DNA from: Promethearchaeota archaeon
Lineage (GTDB): Archaea > Asgardarchaeota > Lokiarchaeia > Sigyniarchaeales > SOKP01
Reading direction: 5' to 3'
Length of the DNA stretch: 53,131 bases
Assembly (NCBI GenBank): GCA_018238625.1
Contig: JABCSY010000015.1
Span: 1-53,131 of the forward strand
In this document: positions 28,735 to 37,977 of the stretch, piece after piece
How the letters are laid out: every line of letters begins with the position of its first letter
Numbering within the stretch: the stretch's first letter is position 1
Notes under the pieces: generated by a model
Told to the model about the DNA's origin: nothing
The model's database searches: none
What the model saw: the letters and a program-made list of their open reading frames with translations, nothing else
Made by a program: the position numbers and the translations under genes

Positions 28735-30270
28735 CTACTTTTTATTTTTAATTATATTTTGTGTTATATCATTATCGTAACTATACATATGAAATTTATT
28801 TGGAGACAATAAAAAATCAGGGTCCACAACCCTTTTAATATCTTTAAAAAATTTAATAAATTCGGGAGTATAAGCGTTAGCTTCTACTATTGATTGAGAG
28901 ATTGATTCTCCTAACCAATAATGTACACCCCCATACTGAACTTGGTACATTAACTTTTTATGCCATATATCCATAGCGACTTGACGCTGATCATCTACAT
29001 TTTCGGCATTAAAACCACCAGCAAAAATACAATGACCATTAGGTAATAGGTGGATTGATCTAGCGAATAACGAAAAACTTTGAGCCGGGAAATTACCTCT
29101 ATTATCGTTATCAAACAACTCGTTTAACTCTTTTTTATCAGCTATGGACGAAATTGGTATTTTATGACAAGTGGTACAGGATATCTTCGGCGGCGCTAAC
29201 GAGATAAATTTGTTGAAATAATTATAAGGAAATTTAAAATCAAACTTCCAATCCTTTGCTAATTTTAAATCTAGATCGATTTCTGTCCATTCAAAAGGTC
29301 TAGCAACGTTATCTTTAGTCATTATTCTATTTACTTGTTCAATATAAACTTCTAAAATTCGCTCGTCAAACGCTTCAAGTATAAACATAAAAACAGGTCC
29401 ACTAAGTCTAGCTCTTTTTGGAGGTCGGATTTTAGCCTGGGAAGCTAAGAGTTGTACTACTACGCGTGGGTTTATATAAAGATCGTGTATTCCGTCTTTA
29501 ACTTCTTTTTGTAGTTTATACATTAACTCAAAAACTTTATTATAATCGTCTTTTCTAAATATGTAATTTTTTTGTATCTTGAAAGGCGAATTTGGGAATA
29601 ACCTTAAAGAACATTTAGTTTTAATGCCCATAGTTCCAGCATCTCCCATAAATAGGCCCGTAAAATCGGGAGCAACGCCGTATCTACAAAAAGCTTTTGC
29701 GTACTTATTAGCCGCCGCTCCAGTCCAAATTATCGTTCCTTGTGGGTTTGGTAAAACTACTTCGACACCTAAGCAAATGTTTGGAACTAAACCATATTTA
29801 GTGGACCCAAAACCAGCGGTGCTGTTAGAAAGACCTCCTCCAATTGTAGCTGAAAATCCACTTCCGGGACCAAGAACGCCTGTCGTTAGATCTTTTTTGT
29901 ATAGTTCTGATAGTAAAGCCCCCCAGGTTACTCCACATTCAACGACACAATAGAAATCCTTTTCATTTATTTCAATAATTTTATTCATCCGCGTAAGATC
30001 AATAAGAATACCCCCTTCAATTGTCGCACCTCCAACTAAATCGGCTCCTCCTCCTCGTGGTACTATAGGAATCTTATATTTGTTAGAAATTTTTACAATA
30101 TCTGAAACTTCTTCCGTATTCTCTGGACGTACTATAATATCAGGCCATCTATCAGGAAAGGCAGGATCAACGTTTCTAGAATAAGCAGCTTTCATAAAAT
30201 CTTTATCGGAGATATATTCGACTCCAACCGCTATTTCAATTTCTTTGTATACCTTATCAATTTTGGACAT
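28735..30270 (-). CDS. FAD-linked oxidoreductase (GlcD/VAO-PCMH superfamily), paralog 2
   Basis: PRGGG, IDLTRMN, ATIGG, GTMGI, DPDFLLSP. Confidence 0.92.
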   Translation of the reverse strand: MSKIDKVYKEIEIAVGVEYISDKDFMKAAYSRNVDPAFPDRWPDIIVRPENTEEVSDIVKISNKYKIPIVPRGGGADLVGGATIEGGILIDLTRMNKIIEINEKDFYCVVECGVTWGALLSELYKKDLTTGVLGPGSGFSATIGGGLSNSTAGFGSTKYGLVPNICLGVEVVLPNPQGTIIWTGAAANKYAKAFCRYGVAPDFTGLFMGDAGTMGIKTKCSLRLFPNSPFKIQKNYIFRKDDYNKVFELMYKLQKEVKDGIHDLYINPRVVVQLLASQAKIRPPKRARLSGPVFMFILEAFDERILEVYIEQVNRIMTKDNVARPFEWTEIDLDLKLAKDWKFDFKFPYNYFNKFISLAPPKISCTTCHKIPISSIADKKELNELFDNDNRGNFPAQSFSLFARSIHLLPNGHCIFAGGFNAENVDDQRQVAMDIWHKKLMYQVQYGGVHYWLGESISQSIVEANAYTPEFIKFFKDIKRVVDPDFLLSPNKFHMYSYDNDITQNIIKNKK

Positions 30271-30306
30271 AATTTAATGTTAACAAATAATAGATTTGAA
30301 ATATAA

Positions 30307-31089
30307 TTAATACCAATCCCATTTGGGAAAAGAATATGGTAAAAAATCGCTTTGACCTACCTTAGCAACAACCTCTCCAGGAAGCATAGTGTTGTCTGTT
30401 TTAAGATATAACGCGCCTAGAACCTTTACAACTTCAACTTCAGCCCAAGGATCGTGTTCAGTTGAGGTTAACTTTATTTCAGCTACGCCCATTTCCATCG
30501 ATATTGGACGAACCGATGTTTCCTGCTTAACTAACCACGGATCGTAATCAAAGCCCTTTTTATTAGGTGCTGGAAAGTACTTGAAGTTATAATTAATCGT
30601 ATTTTTCTTTCTTCCCGGAAGAAGTCCCAACTCTTTTATGATACTTGGTGTTTCGCTATCGTTGAATTTACCTGTTAAATTTACTTTAATTTTAATATTC
30701 TTAGTCCCAAGACGCTCGGACCAAGCTTCAACATATTTATCCTTTCGATCAAAATGTATTTTAGCTATTTTTTTAGGGAATCCAAAAATCTCCCGACCCC
30801 CAATCATCGCGCGATCGTCGTCAACGGGCATAGCTAAGTAATAATTTCCTTGTAAACCATTATATTCACATCTTAACGTCAAAGCACCTTCAAGATACGG
30901 TAATCCTTGATTAGTACTAGAGTAATTTGCTATAAAAGACATAACTACTGGTCTACTAACAGGCTTTAAAGGAGGCGGTAAAATCTTTTCGATTACCTCA
31001 GGTTTAGTCTCCCATAAGACGGTAATCATTTCAGCACCTTTAAATTCGGTCGTCCTTAACCTTTCTTTTCTCTCTTCTATCTCTTTCAA
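30307..31089 (-). CDS. Acetoacetate-decarboxylase-family protein (possible ATT start at 31107)
   Basis: GREIFGFPKK motif; paralog of 26636..27397. Confidence 0.9.
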   Translation of the reverse strand: MKEIEERKERLRTTEFKGAEMITVLWETKPEVIEKILPPPLKPVSRPVVMSFIANYSSTNQGLPYLEGALTLRCEYNGLQGNYYLAMPVDDDRAMIGGREIFGFPKKIAKIHFDRKDKYVEAWSERLGTKNIKIKVNLTGKFNDSETPSIIKELGLLPGRKKNTINYNFKYFPAPNKKGFDYDPWLVKQETSVRPISMEMGVAEIKLTSTEHDPWAEVEVVKVLGALYLKTDNTMLPGEVVAKVGQSDFLPYSFPKWDWY

Positions 31090-31117
31090 TGAACGCTTAA
31101 AACTAATTTTTAATCAC

Positions 31118-32647
31118 CTAATTTTCCTCTTTTACAAAATGTTCTGATAAATCATGGTCATAACTATACATGTGAAACTTTTTAGGGCTTAATAAATAAT
31201 TTGGGTCTACAGATTTTTTCATATCTTTGAAAAATTGAATAAATTCAGGCGTATAGGCATCAGCCTCAACTATCGATTGAGAGATTGCTTCTCCAAGCCA
31301 ATAATGTACGCCCCCATATCGAACTTGAAGGCGTAGCTTTTTGTGCCACATCTTCATGGATTTCTCGCGTTGTTCATCTATGTTATCGGCATTGAATCCA
31401 CCTACAACTACACAATTACCGTTAGGTAAAAGAAATATAACCGTTGCAAATAATGCAATACTTTGTGGTGGAAATTCATCTCGGTAATTAATATCGAATT
31501 GAGTGCTTAAATTTGCTACTTCAGATAAAGCAGATATTGGAACTTTATGACATGTGGTACACGATATTTTCGGTGGGTTTACTGATATAAATTTATTAAA
31601 GTAGTGATAGGCATATTTTAAATTAAATTTCCAATCTTTGGATAAAGGCTCTTCTGGGTCAATTTCTTGCCATTCAAACGGTCGAGCATCGTCTTTCATA
31701 AGATTTTCAATTTGATCGAGATAAATATCTAGCACACGCTCATCTGTCGATTCCACTAATATCGAAAATACCGGTCCTTTTAACCTCGGTCTTTTGACAG
31801 GTTTTTTTTCCACCATACCTGCCAATAATTGAACTACAATAACAGGAATTACAAGTACATCGTGTAATCCGTCGCGTATTTCTTTCCGTAATTTATACAT
31901 GAGCTCAGAAACTTTATTATAATCGTTCTTCTTTAACATATAATATCGCTGCGCTTTAAACGGCGTCTCGGGATGCAATCGTAGAAAAGCTTTAGTCTTA
32001 ATACCCATAGTTCCTACATCCCCCATAAATAAACCCGTAAAATCGGGAGCCACCCCGTACCTACAAAAAGGTTTTGCGTACTTATTAGCCGCCGCCCCTG
32101 TCCTAATTATCGTTCCTTGTGGATTTGGTAACACCACTTCGACACCTAAACAAATGTCAGGAATAACGCCGTATTTTGTAGACCCAAAACCAGCAGTACT
32201 ATTAGAAAGACCACCTCCGATAGTAGCTGAGTAGCCGCTCCCCGGACCGAGCACTCCTGTTGTTAACCCTTTTCCATGTAATTCAGAAAGCAACGCACCC
32301 CATGTGATTCCGCATTCTACTTCACAATAGAAATCCTTTTCATTTATTTCAATAATTCTATTCATTCTTGTTAAGTCTATTAGAATGCCACCTTTGCTTA
32401 CGGAGCCACCTACGAGATCTGCGCCACCACCTCTCGGAACCATCGGGATTTTGTACTTATTGGCAATCTTTACGATTTCAGAAACCTCTTCAGATGATTC
32501 TGGCCTCACTATAATATCTGCCCATCTATCTGGGAACGCCGGGTCAACATTACGAGAATAGGCTGCTTTCATAAAGTCCTTGTCTGATATAAAATCGGGA
32601 CCGATTATTCCTTCTATTTCCTTATACGCATCCTTTACTTTTGACAT
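31118..32647 (-). CDS. FAD-linked oxidoreductase (GlcD/VAO-PCMH superfamily), paralog 1
   Basis: Same FAD-binding motifs; collinear with 28735..30270. Confidence 0.92.
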   Translation of the reverse strand: MSKVKDAYKEIEGIIGPDFISDKDFMKAAYSRNVDPAFPDRWADIIVRPESSEEVSEIVKIANKYKIPMVPRGGGADLVGGSVSKGGILIDLTRMNRIIEINEKDFYCEVECGITWGALLSELHGKGLTTGVLGPGSGYSATIGGGLSNSTAGFGSTKYGVIPDICLGVEVVLPNPQGTIIRTGAAANKYAKPFCRYGVAPDFTGLFMGDVGTMGIKTKAFLRLHPETPFKAQRYYMLKKNDYNKVSELMYKLRKEIRDGLHDVLVIPVIVVQLLAGMVEKKPVKRPRLKGPVFSILVESTDERVLDIYLDQIENLMKDDARPFEWQEIDPEEPLSKDWKFNLKYAYHYFNKFISVNPPKISCTTCHKVPISALSEVANLSTQFDINYRDEFPPQSIALFATVIFLLPNGNCVVVGGFNADNIDEQREKSMKMWHKKLRLQVRYGGVHYWLGEAISQSIVEADAYTPEFIQFFKDMKKSVDPNYLLSPKKFHMYSYDHDLSEHFVKEEN

Positions 32648-32721
32648 TATAATCTAAACAGTTTGAAAGTAATAATTATAAGATAGAACTTGTGAACTAA
32701 TAAAAGTATATGAAAAAAATT

Positions 32722-33507
32722 TTAATTTAATTTTTTAACCCGTTTAGCAATTTTCTTTCTAATGTCTTCGTAAGAAGGCGGAGGTCCAGTTCTAATCTGC
32801 TTCTCGTCAATATAAAGTGCGTCTGCGATCCCCCACTCCAAAAAAGTTTCCCTATTGAACGTATCTACTTCTGTAAAAACTACAATATCTCCAAATTCGG
32901 AAGCTGCTCTTTTTGCTCTTTCAAAAACTATATTTTGAGCAGGACACCAGCCATTTATAAATGATGTCACTGATACATTCCCAGGTATTTTTTTGGGCTT
33001 TTTTCTCTGTTTAATCCATTTAGGCGCAATAGCATCGTCAGAAAAAGGTTTCCATAGTAAAACTGACATATTAAGCTTATCAACTTTGACGTATCCTTGC
33101 TTTTTAAACCAAGAGGCTCTCATAAAAACAGGTATTGAAAGCCCCCATGCTACTAATCCTTTCGCACCTTTACTCCTTACATCATCTTCAGCAGCTTTTA
33201 TTAAAAGCTTACCAATTCCTTTCTTCTGAAAGTTTCCAACGCCCTCTTTGTAGCCATGAACCCAGATACATTTTATAATGTACAAATTTTTTCCTTCTGC
33301 TGTGGAATGCTCAATAGGAACGTATTGTATCATTCCTACTACTTTGTCGTCATCAGTCACAGCAATTTTAACGCCAAGCCCTTTGTCTTTCATTTTGTTA
33401 TACCAAAGCTCCTTGTGATCTCCAGCTTCTTTCATCTCGTCGCTCCAATCTTCAAGACACATAAAATAAAGTCCGTTATATTTTTCTTCTAAATCAATTA
33501 TTTTCAT
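32722..33507 (-). CDS. GNAT acetyltransferase (YoaP-like) with thioredoxin-like C-terminal domain
   Basis: FQKKGIGKLLI acetyl-CoA motif; GMIQYVPIE; GWCP. Confidence 0.82.
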   Translation of the reverse strand: MKIIDLEEKYNGLYFMCLEDWSDEMKEAGDHKELWYNKMKDKGLGVKIAVTDDDKVVGMIQYVPIEHSTAEGKNLYIIKCIWVHGYKEGVGNFQKKGIGKLLIKAAEDDVRSKGAKGLVAWGLSIPVFMRASWFKKQGYVKVDKLNMSVLLWKPFSDDAIAPKWIKQRKKPKKIPGNVSVTSFINGWCPAQNIVFERAKRAASEFGDIVVFTEVDTFNRETFLEWGIADALYIDEKQIRTGPPPSYEDIRKKIAKRVKKLN

Positions 33508-33522
33508 AAAACATCACTCTAC

Positions 33523-33680
33523 TAAGTACTGGATTTACTTAATTGAACTACCACACCCTAAAGGGTGATGGATTCCTTCTTCCTCGAAAACTGCCCGAAA
33601 AGATTCTGAAGAATCTCTTTAGGTCTTACATCGTCTCCAAAGGCGTGACTTCCCGTTGTTCCAACGGTAGTTTTATCATC
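33523..33680 (-). ncRNA. Predicted TnpB omega (re)RNA scaffold plus flank-derived guide; 5' limit approximate
   Basis: Established for TnpB that this RNA overlaps the ORF 3' end and right end; GC-richer ACCGTTGGAACAACGGGAAGTCACGCC... tail and terminal hairpin are present. Confidence 0.55.
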
Positions 33681-34964
33681 ATGGATGATCGTGATGTATT
33701 TCTCTTCTTTTAGGATTCTTATTCCTTCGTTCCTCAGATTAACAGAAGCATTTTCGTCTCTCTCATGGGTAGTTCCACAATCCAGACATGTCCACACTCT
33801 TTCTTTTAAGGTAAGGTTGTTGTTTTTCCAACCACAGCATGAACAGAGTTTACTGGAAGCAAAAAATCTATCTACGAGAATTAAATGCTTTCCTAACCAT
33901 TCCATTTTGTATTTTAAATAGGTCGTGAATTGGTACCATGAGAAATCTAAAGAAACCGATTTAGACAAACCTGAATTGAACTTCTGCATTCCCCTCACGT
34001 TTAAGTTTTCTAAAATAATAGCATCAAACGCGTCGGCTAATTTTCGGGTGAGCTTATGAGTCCAATCCTTCTTTCTGTTGTATATCGTATCGTAGTGTCT
34101 TGCTAATTTTAAACGCGCTTTTTCTCGATTCTTAGAACCTTTCTTCTTTCGCGAAAGTTCCTTGTTTAGCTTCTTGGTCTTTTTCTGCTCTAAACGGTAG
34201 AATCGTGGATTCTCCATCTTAACAAGATCATTCACCAAAAAATTATTTGCTGACATATCAAACGCAGTAACATCCTTCTCATGTACCTCTTGTAGTTCCT
34301 TTACATCCTCCTGCGCCTCTAAGGTCAGAGAAACGAAATATTTGTTTGATTTCGTTTTTTTAACGGTGGCATGTTTGATCGATTCGGAAAACACCCTCTT
34401 ATCGCTAAATTTTAGCCAACCTAGTTTCGGTAACTTTAATTTCTTTCTTTCAAAATCAATCTTGATGTTTTCATTCGTTTGCTTGGTCGTATAGGTTTCC
34501 TTTCCTTTCTTTGACTTGAATTTTGGAAAGCCGACCCCACGACCTTTTTTTAAACCGTTAAAAAAGTTTTGATATGCCTTAAACAAATGCTCTCTTGAGG
34601 CTTGTAAGGCAATGGAATCAGCTTCTTTTAAAAACGAAAACTCGACCTTATATTGCTTTTCTGTTTTATAGGTGTGCTTCTTAAGCGCATCTTTATCGTC
34701 TCTAAACCGTTCATAGACCTCCCTCCTCTCAATGAGCATCCGATTGTAAATGAAGCGACTACACCCTATTGTTTTGCGAATCTGGGTCTGTTGCGTCTTG
34801 TTCGGATATATCCGAACATTGAAAGCTCGAATCATTTATACCTAAAAAGAAAGAATCATTCTTTAAATGGATTATAGTATAGTGGTTTTATGATTTTTTT
34901 TCTCAAAAAAATCGTGCTTAATTCATCACCCCCATAAATGGAGGTGTTTTCTTAAGCGTTCATG
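33543..34964 (-). mobile_element. IS200/IS605-family element carrying tnpB only (no tnpA)
   Basis: Left-end hairpin CACCTCCATTTATGGGGGTG after TTTAT|CATGAACGCTTAAG; right-end hairpin CACCCTTTAGGGTG ending in ...GTAGTTCAA at 33543. Confidence 0.8.
33558..34835 (-). CDS. tnpB: RNA-guided endonuclease TnpB
   Basis: RIYP...GCSRFIYN N-terminus, GFPKFKSK, RuvC residues AFDMS / LENL / RDENA, Zn finger CSCC...CLDC. Confidence 0.95.
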   Translation of the reverse strand: MIRAFNVRIYPNKTQQTQIRKTIGCSRFIYNRMLIERREVYERFRDDKDALKKHTYKTEKQYKVEFSFLKEADSIALQASREHLFKAYQNFFNGLKKGRGVGFPKFKSKKGKETYTTKQTNENIKIDFERKKLKLPKLGWLKFSDKRVFSESIKHATVKKTKSNKYFVSLTLEAQEDVKELQEVHEKDVTAFDMSANNFLVNDLVKMENPRFYRLEQKKTKKLNKELSRKKKGSKNREKARLKLARHYDTIYNRKKDWTHKLTRKLADAFDAIILENLNVRGMQKFNSGLSKSVSLDFSWYQFTTYLKYKMEWLGKHLILVDRFFASSKLCSCCGWKNNNLTLKERVWTCLDCGTTHERDENASVNLRNEGIRILKEEKYITIIHDDKTTVGTTGSHAFGDDVRPKEILQNLFGQFSRKKESITL

Positions 34965-34994
34965 ATAAAAACTTATCATATACTAAATAAGTCG

Positions 34995-35345
34995 TTACAT
35001 CCACGAAGCTATCTTTGGAGTTTGCGCTAAAATATCGACGAGAACATCGTATTCAATACATTTTATTCTTGTGTCAACAGAGTTGGGGTCGATCCCTCGC
35101 GCTAAAAGGTCAGGTGTCATCGCAAATACGGTTACAGGCAGATTTAACAATAAATTTAGAGAAGTGGGCATCAATCCCTTTTTAGAGGTTCCTATAACTC
35201 CGTCGTGGATCAAAACAACAGCGATATTTGCATCTTTAGCCTGTTCTTTTACTATATTAAACAGATTATCTATAGATGTACTTTTTCTCGTGCTAAATCC
35301 AAAAAGGTACACCAATTTTTTTATATCTTCCATCTGTACAACCAT
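34995..35345 (-). CDS. DsrH/TusB-family sulfur relay protein
   Basis: VLIHDGV, DLLARG, I.Y..LV and C-terminal SWM; third gene of an E-F-H operon. Confidence 0.85.
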   Translation of the reverse strand: MVVQMEDIKKLVYLFGFSTRKSTSIDNLFNIVKEQAKDANIAVVLIHDGVIGTSKKGLMPTSLNLLLNLPVTVFAMTPDLLARGIDPNSVDTRIKCIEYDVLVDILAQTPKIASWM

Positions 35346-35357
35346 AATCTCATCACA

Positions 35358-35747
35358 TTAATACCTATAAAACACATCTGCTTCTAAAATAAAAGCTGAA
35401 ATCTCCTTCCAGCTCGCAATTTTTACGTTGTCAAAATCTATCAAATCTGAAGGCTCAATACCGGCTATTTCTAAGGCGGAGTCTAACGCGTAAACCTCGA
35501 AGTCAGATAGTTCCATCATCCTAAAAATGCTCGAAGGGGTTTCCATGTTAACTTTCTTAGGATCAAAATTCTTACTTAAAAAATAGACCGAGTCGCCGAT
35601 GAATACAATCTTACACTCGTCTAGATCCCCCACTGCCATAATTCCCGCAGCCATACGGATCGCTTCGAGAGCAGAATTTTTACCTATCGGAGAGTCTTCG
35701 CATAAAATTACCACAGATTTAACCATTAATTTACACCCCTGGACCAA
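35358..35747 (-). CDS. DsrF/TusC-family protein (start probably ATG 35726)
   Basis: SPIG...ALEAIRMA and VFIGDSVY motifs. Confidence 0.82.
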   Translation of the reverse strand: MVQGCKLMVKSVVILCEDSPIGKNSALEAIRMAAGIMAVGDLDECKIVFIGDSVYFLSKNFDPKKVNMETPSSIFRMMELSDFEVYALDSALEIAGIEPSDLIDFDNVKIASWKEISAFILEADVFYRY

Positions 35748-36099
35748 ATACTATAACTCTATCAGATTCTGCCATCCACTCAGACAACCCACCTAATCCC
35801 ACTTGACGCGCTTCCTCAATAAAATCGTCGGACTTTAGCCCCGTGAAGTTAACCCAGGTACTACACGCAGACAGATTTAGGCTATTCTTCTTTATGAAAC
35901 TCTCAAGGCGTTCGGGTAGATTTCTCATGTTTGAGCTTATATTTATTTCACGTTTGACGTTATACACGCCACTCCCGTAGAAAAAAATACCTAAAATTTG
36001 ATGCCCTTTCTTTAAGATTGCCTCTCCTAAGTTAAGCATCGTATCTATGGCTTCAAATTTGTAAGGTTCAGCGCATACGACAAAAGTAAAAATAACCAT
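35731..36099 (-). CDS. DsrE/TusD-family protein
   Basis: PY, IFFYGSGVY, ACSTW active Cys, GLGGL...SDRVIVF. Confidence 0.85.
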   Translation of the reverse strand: MVIFTFVVCAEPYKFEAIDTMLNLGEAILKKGHQILGIFFYGSGVYNVKREINISSNMRNLPERLESFIKKNSLNLSACSTWVNFTGLKSDDFIEEARQVGLGGLSEWMAESDRVIVFGPGV

Positions 36100-36342
36100 A
36101 ATAGTAAAAACACTTTTTTTTAATGATTATTAAATGCTATTTCTTATTTATATTGCGTTTTCTTATTTATATAGTGTTAATATTTTATAAATCATACTTC
36201 TCCCTTGAATTCAAATACCAAGTGAAAATTGTATCTTTCTTATATTATATCATGGCAACTTTTTTTGCTATTCAACATCATAAAGTAATTGAAGCTTAAT
36301 ATGTTGTAGTATCAAAATTATTAATTTGAGGTTTATTTAAAG

Positions 36343-37209
36343 TTGTCTATCGTTGATTTAGTAATACCAATGTTTCTAGGTTTTCGAGAGGGTTTAGAAT
36401 CTGTTATCATAGTAGTTATTATTTTATCCTATTTAAAGAGCACAAACCAGAAAAGTTATTATAAATACGTGTACATCGGAGCTGTACTTGCCGTAATTTC
36501 CAGCATTCTTTTTTCTATTGTCTTCTCGTTAATATTGGGAGGATTTACAGGAATACTGGAACAATTATTCGAAGGATATACTTTTGTTATTTCGGGAATA
36601 TTTATTATAACACTTATTTTATGGATAAGCAAAGAGGGTTCTAAGATGAGAGAAACTCTCGATGAAAAGGTTGAGCAATCAATAACAACCGGGAAGAGTT
36701 TTTCAATCTTAATTTTAACCTTCATAGTCATAATTCGGGAAGGAATTGAATTGGTTTTGCTTTTGGTAGGTGCTACATCTTTGGGGACCTTGGATCAAGG
36801 GAGCATAATTCTTGGATCGGCAATAGGTATCGGATTTGCAATTATAATTGGGATCCTTATGTTCTATGGCATAAAAACTATAAATTTATCAATGTTCTTT
36901 AAAATTACTAACGCTGTTCTTATCTTATTTGCTGCCGGATTGATCACATACGGAATTCACGAATTTATAGAAGCAGGCGCGCTTAACCCTATTATTGAGG
37001 AAGTATGGAATATTAAACATATTTTGCCAGAAAGCTTTCCAGATAATAATCCTCTCACTCCAGAATGGCTTGAAGTTATTGGGGCGTTATTAAAAGCCTT
37101 ATTTGGATACAACGCAAACCCTTCGTTATTGGAGATAATTATATATCCAACTCTTATTGCGATTATTAGCGTAGTTTCAATCGTAATTTGGAAAAAAAAT
37201 GATAAATAA
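36343..37209 (+). CDS. FTR1-family iron permease
   Basis: Two REGxE motifs (FREGLE, IREGIE); multi-TM; ALFGY. Confidence 0.92.
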   Translation: MSIVDLVIPMFLGFREGLESVIIVVIILSYLKSTNQKSYYKYVYIGAVLAVISSILFSIVFSLILGGFTGILEQLFEGYTFVISGIFIITLILWISKEGSKMRETLDEKVEQSITTGKSFSILILTFIVIIREGIELVLLLVGATSLGTLDQGSIILGSAIGIGFAIIIGILMFYGIKTINLSMFFKITNAVLILFAAGLITYGIHEFIEAGALNPIIEEVWNIKHILPESFPDNNPLTPEWLEVIGALLKALFGYNANPSLLEIIIYPTLIAIISVVSIVIWKKNDK

Positions 37210-37242
37210 TAAAAGAAGTTAGATTTTATATTTTTAGAGCCT

Positions 37243-37974
37243 ATGACGTTATTACATGATCTTTTCCTTAATCTGTTAATAAACCCTCTGTTTTGGTATG
37301 TTTTAGTGTATAACGTAGGAGGCATCTATTTTTTAACGTATATTCTGTATCATAATGACGATGAAAAATACGCCCCACTTGCTAAGATAGTCAATGGTTT
37401 CTTGTCCTTCGTAATAACGCTGTTTCCTTTTTTAATTCATTTTACAACGCAACCTAGAATTTACGGTTCACTTGGGACTTTTCTAATCCCCTCCAAACAA
37501 ATAATTATAGAGCCTTTTGTTAATTTTGGTTTATTTCAAGGGTATTTTTTGAGCATTATAGGAATAATTACAACTTTTTTAGGGCTAGTTCTTTTTATAG
37601 CTGCCTTAAATAGAATTTCAAAAGTTATAGGTCTTGACCAATTCAAATCTGAAGAAATTTTAACTAAGGGACTTTATAGTATTGTTAGAAATCCCCTTTA
37701 TACCTCATTGATGATTATTTATATCGGTATGGCTTTAATTCTTGGAGCAGTCTATAGTTTACTTTTAGCTCCATTGTTTTATGGCTTATTATGGGGTTCA
37801 GGGTTGATAGAAATTCATTTAAATCTAGAAAAAAAGTTTGGTAAAGATAAGGTTAATGAGTATAAAAACAAAGTACCTAATTCTTTGTTTAATAAAACCC
37901 TTTGGGTCTTGGTAGTATTTTTATTAGTATATTTAATCATTCTTGCGGTAATTGGATATTTTCCACTTTATTAA
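37243..37974 (+). CDS. ICMT/PEMT-family membrane methyltransferase
   Basis: LTKGLYSIVRNPLY; L..KFG....EYK.KVP. Confidence 0.82.
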   Translation: MTLLHDLFLNLLINPLFWYVLVYNVGGIYFLTYILYHNDDEKYAPLAKIVNGFLSFVITLFPFLIHFTTQPRIYGSLGTFLIPSKQIIIEPFVNFGLFQGYFLSIIGIITTFLGLVLFIAALNRISKVIGLDQFKSEEILTKGLYSIVRNPLYTSLMIIYIGMALILGAVYSLLLAPLFYGLLWGSGLIEIHLNLEKKFGKDKVNEYKNKVPNSLFNKTLWVLVVFLLVYLIILAVIGYFPLY

Positions 37975-37977
37975 ATT

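Noticed and set aside
33558-34835. TnpB as a Cas12f CRISPR effector
   Set aside because: No CRISPR array or cas genes; IS-type end hairpins flank the gene
34995-36099. DsrEFH as evidence of dissimilatory sulfur oxidation
   Set aside because: No dsrAB, dsrC or dsrMKJOP in the window; the family is a general sulfur relay
37243-37974. ICMT-like enzyme acting on the small GTPases
   Set aside because: Neither GTPase has a CAAX or CC tail, and the family is widespread in prokaryotes
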